This document shows positions 39,599-44,477 of a DNA stretch of 44,477 nucleotides, piece after piece (position 1 is the stretch's first letter; every line of letters starts with the position of its first letter). The DNA comes from Paraglomus brasilianum (Eukaryota). A model generated the notes under the pieces. It was not told where the DNA came from. It saw only the letters and a list, made by a program, of their open reading frames with translations, and made no database searches. The stretch is taken from the NCBI GenBank assembly GCA_910592345.1, contig CAJVPI010000186.1, forward strand, positions 1 to 44,477. The letters are read 5' to 3'. Both the position numbers and the translations under genes were made by a program.

Positions 39599-41088
39599 TG
39601 TATATCGAAAATTTCTGATAACGCGAATACAACGTAATCTCCTCATTTATCCGAAAATTCAGACAATTTAGTGAGACAATAATTAGTTATAAATACGAGT
39701 CGTAGTGAGTAGCTAATCTGTTCTTTAGATCACATCTTACGTTGCTATTAGGATAGTTTCTTTTATTCTAATAAAGATCATATTTAATTATAACCATTGT
39801 TATTTCGTTTATTCCCTGGTAATAAGATACTTGCGTATCGTTGGCGAAGTGTAAGCCACTTTTCCCGTCATCAGCGAATAGGATTGATACTTGCCAATCG
39901 ATTCTATTCAGTACTTTTGCACCAGGATTATTGTTTGATTCAACGTTAGTGTAGAGAGATAATTTCCCCGACCGATAGGCTCTGAGACTAATCCCATCAG
40001 AGAAATGCTCGAGTATAAGACCTAGTTCAGAGGTCACTAATTGTCATTAGTATTTGGTTTGAAGTAGGAAGAGCAAAAGCTTCTGTCGGAAAAGAACTAA
40101 ATCCCAAGGCTAGTACACCGCCGCTCTCCCAGGTGTAAGCTAGTTCGACATAATCCAATTCAAACCACTCATGCTCTCTCTGACTAACTAACACATCTGT
40201 CTAATACTAACACCACTTCTGCTTCAGTAAATGACCCATCTTACCCCAATCTTGTCATCATTATCAATGAAACTGATTCTATTACCCAACAAGAATTGAA
40301 CAAATTATGACTGCAGAAAAGATAATGATTCAGATACTAGCTCTATTACTTCTGATATGGCCACTGATACACAACACAAAGAAGATAATCAGAATACTAT
40401 CCTCCATCTATTCATGCTCCTCAAGAAACTTCTACTCAAAATAATCTAACTAGTATTAGTATATTATATATCTCCAAAACTTATTCTAGGCTTTAAGCCA
40501 AGCTCTTTATTGTACTTCTGTATGTCTAGTATATATATTAAAACTAGCTCTAGCAGTTAACTGTAGTAGAAACTTTCCGCTGACTGAAAACGCAGGTAGA
40601 CGGAGTTGGAAGGCTTGAGACTGTTGCTAAGCTGTTACTCTTATCCCGAAAATCTCGACTAAGAATAGAAAAGCCGAACAAGCGTCGTTCTAATCTCTGA
40701 CGATAATAGCGATATACGCCATAAGGAAGAACGTCGGGAGGAACGAACCGGTTATTCTGGCCGTTCAATAAAGTTAAGATTAAATTTAAATTACTCAACA
40801 AGTAATGATGTAAATATTCTGAAATTTAGACCAAATAAACTACCATTAATTCTAAATGATCTATAAAGTTTTTGTTTTACATTTGTATAAAGACAAAAAT
40901 TTTACTAGGACACATATTTTGGATAACAAATTAATGGATTTATACGTTACGGAATTTTTTTGTTAAATTATCGGACATAATAAAATACTGTTTCTTTTGC
41001 TCATTTCAAAGCATTACCATTGTTACGTTTTTTTAAAAAAATTCTGCTAGAATATCTTGGATATATGTGAAGATATAAATTTTTTAAG

Positions 41089-41120
41089 TACACTCGCGTC
41101 TCAAAAGTCATGGACCATTT
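41089..41120 (+). mobile_element. Tc1-like terminal inverted repeat (one end)
   Basis: TA-CACTCGCGTCTCAAAAGTCATGGACCA resembles the reverse complement of the Tc1 TIR at 169-196 (CACT...CAAAAGT..TGG.CA). Confidence 0.4.
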
Positions 41121-41210
41121 CAACATTTGCAATTAAATAATATTGGCATAACGAGCAATGCAATTACCGTGAACTTAATACTGAATTTAACGCACCTTAT
41201 ATATAATGTA

Positions 41211-42024
41211 CAGTCAAACCTTGTTATACCGAACCTCGTTATACCGAAAGATTCTGGCTCCCCCGTTTTTTAAATAGTAAAATTCCCTCGTTATAACAAA
41301 TTTAATAGTAATAGTAAATCTCGCTATACCGTTACCGAAATTCGATGCAGGATTTTTACATAGGCTACTAATCGCTTTATATCAAAGGTTTATCACGTGA
41401 TAAAAATTGTAAAATAGTGATTGGTTGTAGCAGATGAAAATCGTACGATTTTTGGTCATACGATTTTCGCATCATACGACACGTACTGTACGTGTATATC
41501 TGCATATTACAGTATTACAGTATTAAGATTTTTAATAATATGATTTTAGCTGTCATATTTGTGTGCCAATATTTCTGATCGTGTGATTTCAGCCGTATTT
41601 CGTATCTACTGTTTTTTAATTCAGTCATCATGTTTATGATACTTGACACATATTGTTCCATCAAACATAACAAGGAAATGATGACAGATGACGAAATTAT
41701 TTCTTCCTTCTTTCCCGCAGCAGAAGAAGAAGGCGATGATGAAAGTAGCTCGAAATCTCTCCCTACTCTCTTTAATAAAGATGCAGTAGTGTCTTTCGTG
41801 CGTTAAAGAGAAAGGCATAGCAAAAATAAACTCTAATAGATTCACTTGTTACTGATTATAATTATTTTATACAAAGATATTATTCACATAAGTCTCATTA
41901 TAACGAATATTGCTTGACGCTAGGCCTAACTTTGTTATATAGAGGTACCTCACTATACCGAAAGTCTCGTTATATCGAATCATGGATGCCTCCCCCGACA
42001 CTTCGGTATAACGAGGTTCGACTG
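41211..42024. mobile_element. Non-autonomous pogo/Tigger-like element (814 bp) with TA TSD
   Basis: TA-CAGTCAAACCTTGTTATACCGAA ... TTCGGTATAACGAGGTTCGACTG-TA (21/23 match); internal CGTTATA subrepeats. Confidence 0.88.
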
Positions 42025-42379
42025 TATACACAAAAAATTGCAACACGTTAAATAGTAAAATCACAAATTTACCTAGAACCGACTTATCCTCCTAAAGACG
42101 CTAAAATCAGGTTATGCAATTCAAACATTTAAAAATTAATCCACATATAACTTTACGCAAATTTATACTCGTTGAAAAACGCAAAAAAAACTGTCAGATT
42201 TATAAAAGATTGCTTCTTCGTTGAGAAATCGAATTGACTATTCGGTGGCATCGACCATCCATAGCGAGCGAAAAATGCAATTACTGTAAAATCAATACTG
42301 AATTTAGCACATTTAGTGTACAACACATGTACTTTATAAACTGCAATTTAATTAATTTTTATCGTATTTTTCTGTAGGC

Positions 42380-43198
42380 ACAATATCGACGCATTTTATG
42401 TCAAAACCGTTTTGATGCTTACGATGCTATTACTAAAAAAAATCCAATTCCGTCTGACATTACTATATGATTCAGTTAACTTTGCATGGGAAATTGTTAC
42501 GCCGAATACAATTATCCGTAGCTGGAATAGGGCTAATATTCTTCCTTCAACGCAAACCAATCTTGATTCTACATCCGAGGAAAGTGAATTAGAAACAAAT
42601 CTCACTACCAATCGATGATCCTTTGGAGGTACAAGAATATGTCGAAATAGATGACTACATGGGTGTTGAAGAAAGTGCGACTGTAAATGATATCATAGAA
42701 GCGAGAACGAACAGAGCGGATGTGAATCAGAAGTAGAGGATAGAGAAATGGAGGTTAAAACCAATGATGCGATTATCGGACTCGATAATGTGATAAAATA
42801 TATACAGCAAGGTATTAGCGCGTCATTAGTGAGGGATCTGCAGAGTCATTATATATAGAAGCATCGAAAAGAACAAGCCACGCTGGAGAAATTTATCAAT
42901 TTTATTGTTGATTGACTTTTCTTGCATAAAACCGTGGTAACTGTGAAGAAGAGAGTTCTTCACTGTCATCGTCATAGTATAGAGAGAATTAAGATTGTTA
43001 AGATGAGACACTATTTGCTGCCTCTTGCATAATCCGTTATTTTGTTTTCTCGAAATATATTTTCAATTATTAATAAAATTGCAATTATTCGATATGATGG
43101 AGTACTACATAGTAATAGGTTTGTTATGATATCCGGTATATTGTGAAAACTCGATTTAACGGGGAAAAGAGTTGCCTCCGTTATATCGAGTTTTACTG
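42380..43198 (+). mobile_element. 3' remnant of a pogo/Tigger transposon: transposase C-terminus and right TIR
   Basis: VNFAWEIVTPNTIIRSWNRANILP, VQEYVEIDD and DAIIGLDNVIKYIQQ match the pogo C-terminal pattern; TIR CCGTTATATCGAGTTTTACTG ends at 43198. Confidence 0.75.
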
Positions 43199-43204
43199 TG
43201 TATT

Positions 43205-43335
43205 TAACAACACACCAAAGATTTCTATTGAATTTAAATCAGGGCTGTTAGATGGCCAATCCACAATTTGTTTCTGAATAAAATCTTTAGCAACTCTCTT
43301 AGTATGTTCAGGGTCATTGTCCTGCTGGAACTTCT
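43205..43335 (-). mobile_element. Tc1 transposase catalytic fragment
   Basis: FQQDNDPEHTKRVAKDFIQKQIVDWPSNSPDLNSIE carries the Tc1 DDE motifs (FQQDNDP.H; WPS.SPDLN.IE). Confidence 0.85.
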
Positions 43336-43372
43336 ACCTTTTACCAGAAATAAGTTGACCTCATAATCATTG

Positions 43373-44325
43373 GTTTTTTTTTTGTTTTTTTTTTGGAAAA
43401 GTTATACATGTTTTTACAATAAGTACAACTTTATTGCTGAACTACATATACATGTTAAAGCTCATTTTAACTCTATCTAAAGACAAGATGCAATAATAAT
43501 AAATGAGGAAGGGTTATAAGATCCCACAACTAAGGTAGAAAAATGGGTAGCTATAGATTTTGAAGATGTAATGGAAGAGGAGGAGAGAGGAGAGAAGAGA
43601 TGCAAGATATAGAAGGCCAAGGGACCTTAGGAGAAGAAAATAGGTGGAGAAATCTATAGCTAAGAACAAGATGGAGGAGAGATTTAAGTGAATTGTATGA
43701 AGAGGGAACTGGAGAAGAACCAAAAGTGCATAATGTATAGTCCTTCCATTTAGAGAATATAGCTGCTGATTGAAGAAGTCGGCCAAGTTTTTTAAAGTAA
43801 GGTTGAGAGGAGGAGATAAAATTAATGGGAGATGGATGATAAGAAGAAATGAAAGAGCAAAGGAGAGAAATTTTGTCCCAGATTAGAGATGCATGAGAAC
43901 AGGAGTGGAAGAGATGAGATATGGAATTAGGGGTTGTAGGACACCAAGGACATGATATACCAAAGGGAGAGATTCTAGGGACTGAAATACCAATAGGGAG
44001 AGAGTGATGAGAAATTTCCAAAGGAGGTCAGAGGTGAGTGCAGGTCTATTTGTGGGTGTTGTATTTCATTCCAAGAGAGAGAATCAATGCGTGGGGATGG
44101 TGAAAATGGATAGGAGGAGAGGAAGGAAAGGAAGATTGGACTGTTTTGAATGCAGGTAGATTGTTGATTGTTGAATGCAGATAGATTGTTGATTGTAAAG
44201 TAAGGGATAGATTTGTGGAAGTGTGATATTGTGAAAGAATTAAGAGATTTGATCCAAAAAGGAGTTGCTGTTTGGAAAGGTTGGTGAGTCCTTGATTTCC
44301 AAATAAATTTGTTAATGGTAGATTT
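43373..44325 (-). mobile_element. 5'-truncated non-LTR retrotransposon (ORF2 C-terminus and poly-A tail)
   Basis: CPWCPTTPNSISHLFHSCSHASLIW is the zf-RVT-type CCHC knuckle; INKFIWK and PFWIKSLN lie upstream; A-rich tail at ~43374-43394 on the minus strand. Confidence 0.82.
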
Positions 44326-44344
44326 ATACGCGTTTTTACAGAAC

Positions 44345-44381
44345 GAAAAAATATCCCATTTTTTTTTGTTACACACTGTAT
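44345..44381 (-). mobile_element. Mariner-like TIR fragment
   Basis: Minus strand reads TA-CAGTGTGTAACAAAAAAAAATGGGATATTTT. Confidence 0.35.
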
Positions 44382-44390
44382 ACAGTCACA

Positions 44391-44477
44391 TGTTACGGTC
44401 GGGGTTTTGGGAGAGCGATTTATCTTTTCGTGTAGGTGTGTTCGCCGACCGGGGGATGTTACCAGGCTTAGCTCGTA
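44391..44477. mobile_element. Start of a second LTR of the 20052 family (runs off the window)
   Basis: TGTTACGGTCGG...TTTGGGAGAGCGATT.ATCTTT..CG.GTAGG...CCGA.CGGGGG...TTACCAG..TTAGCT aligns with 20052-20145. Confidence 0.85.

Overview
AT-rich eukaryotic nuclear DNA with short GT-AG introns, most consistent with an early-diverging fungus (Mucoromycota, probably Glomeromycotina; the taxon is inferred, not shown). Intact genes: gamma-tubulin complex component 2, a ZMAT2/Snu23 splicing factor, tRNA-Cys(GCA), a 102-aa orphan ORF, an Ale1-type MBOAT acyltransferase, a Paa1-type GNAT and a peroxisomal Ant1-type carrier. There is also a large gene whose 5' half is frameshifted. Transposon relics are common (Tc1/mariner, pogo/Tigger MITEs, LINE, LTR), especially at 38-44.5 kb. 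The standout is 18.7-23.5 kb. It holds an intronless ~470-codon decayed gene that reads through only if TGA=Trp (9 in-frame TGA, genetic code 4), as expected for DNA from a Mollicutes-related endobacterium (MRE). A host solo LTR with a 4-bp target-site duplication (TSD) splits this gene. Next to it lie two copies of an intronless Sola-like transposase; the full-length copy has TGA at two positions where Trp fits.
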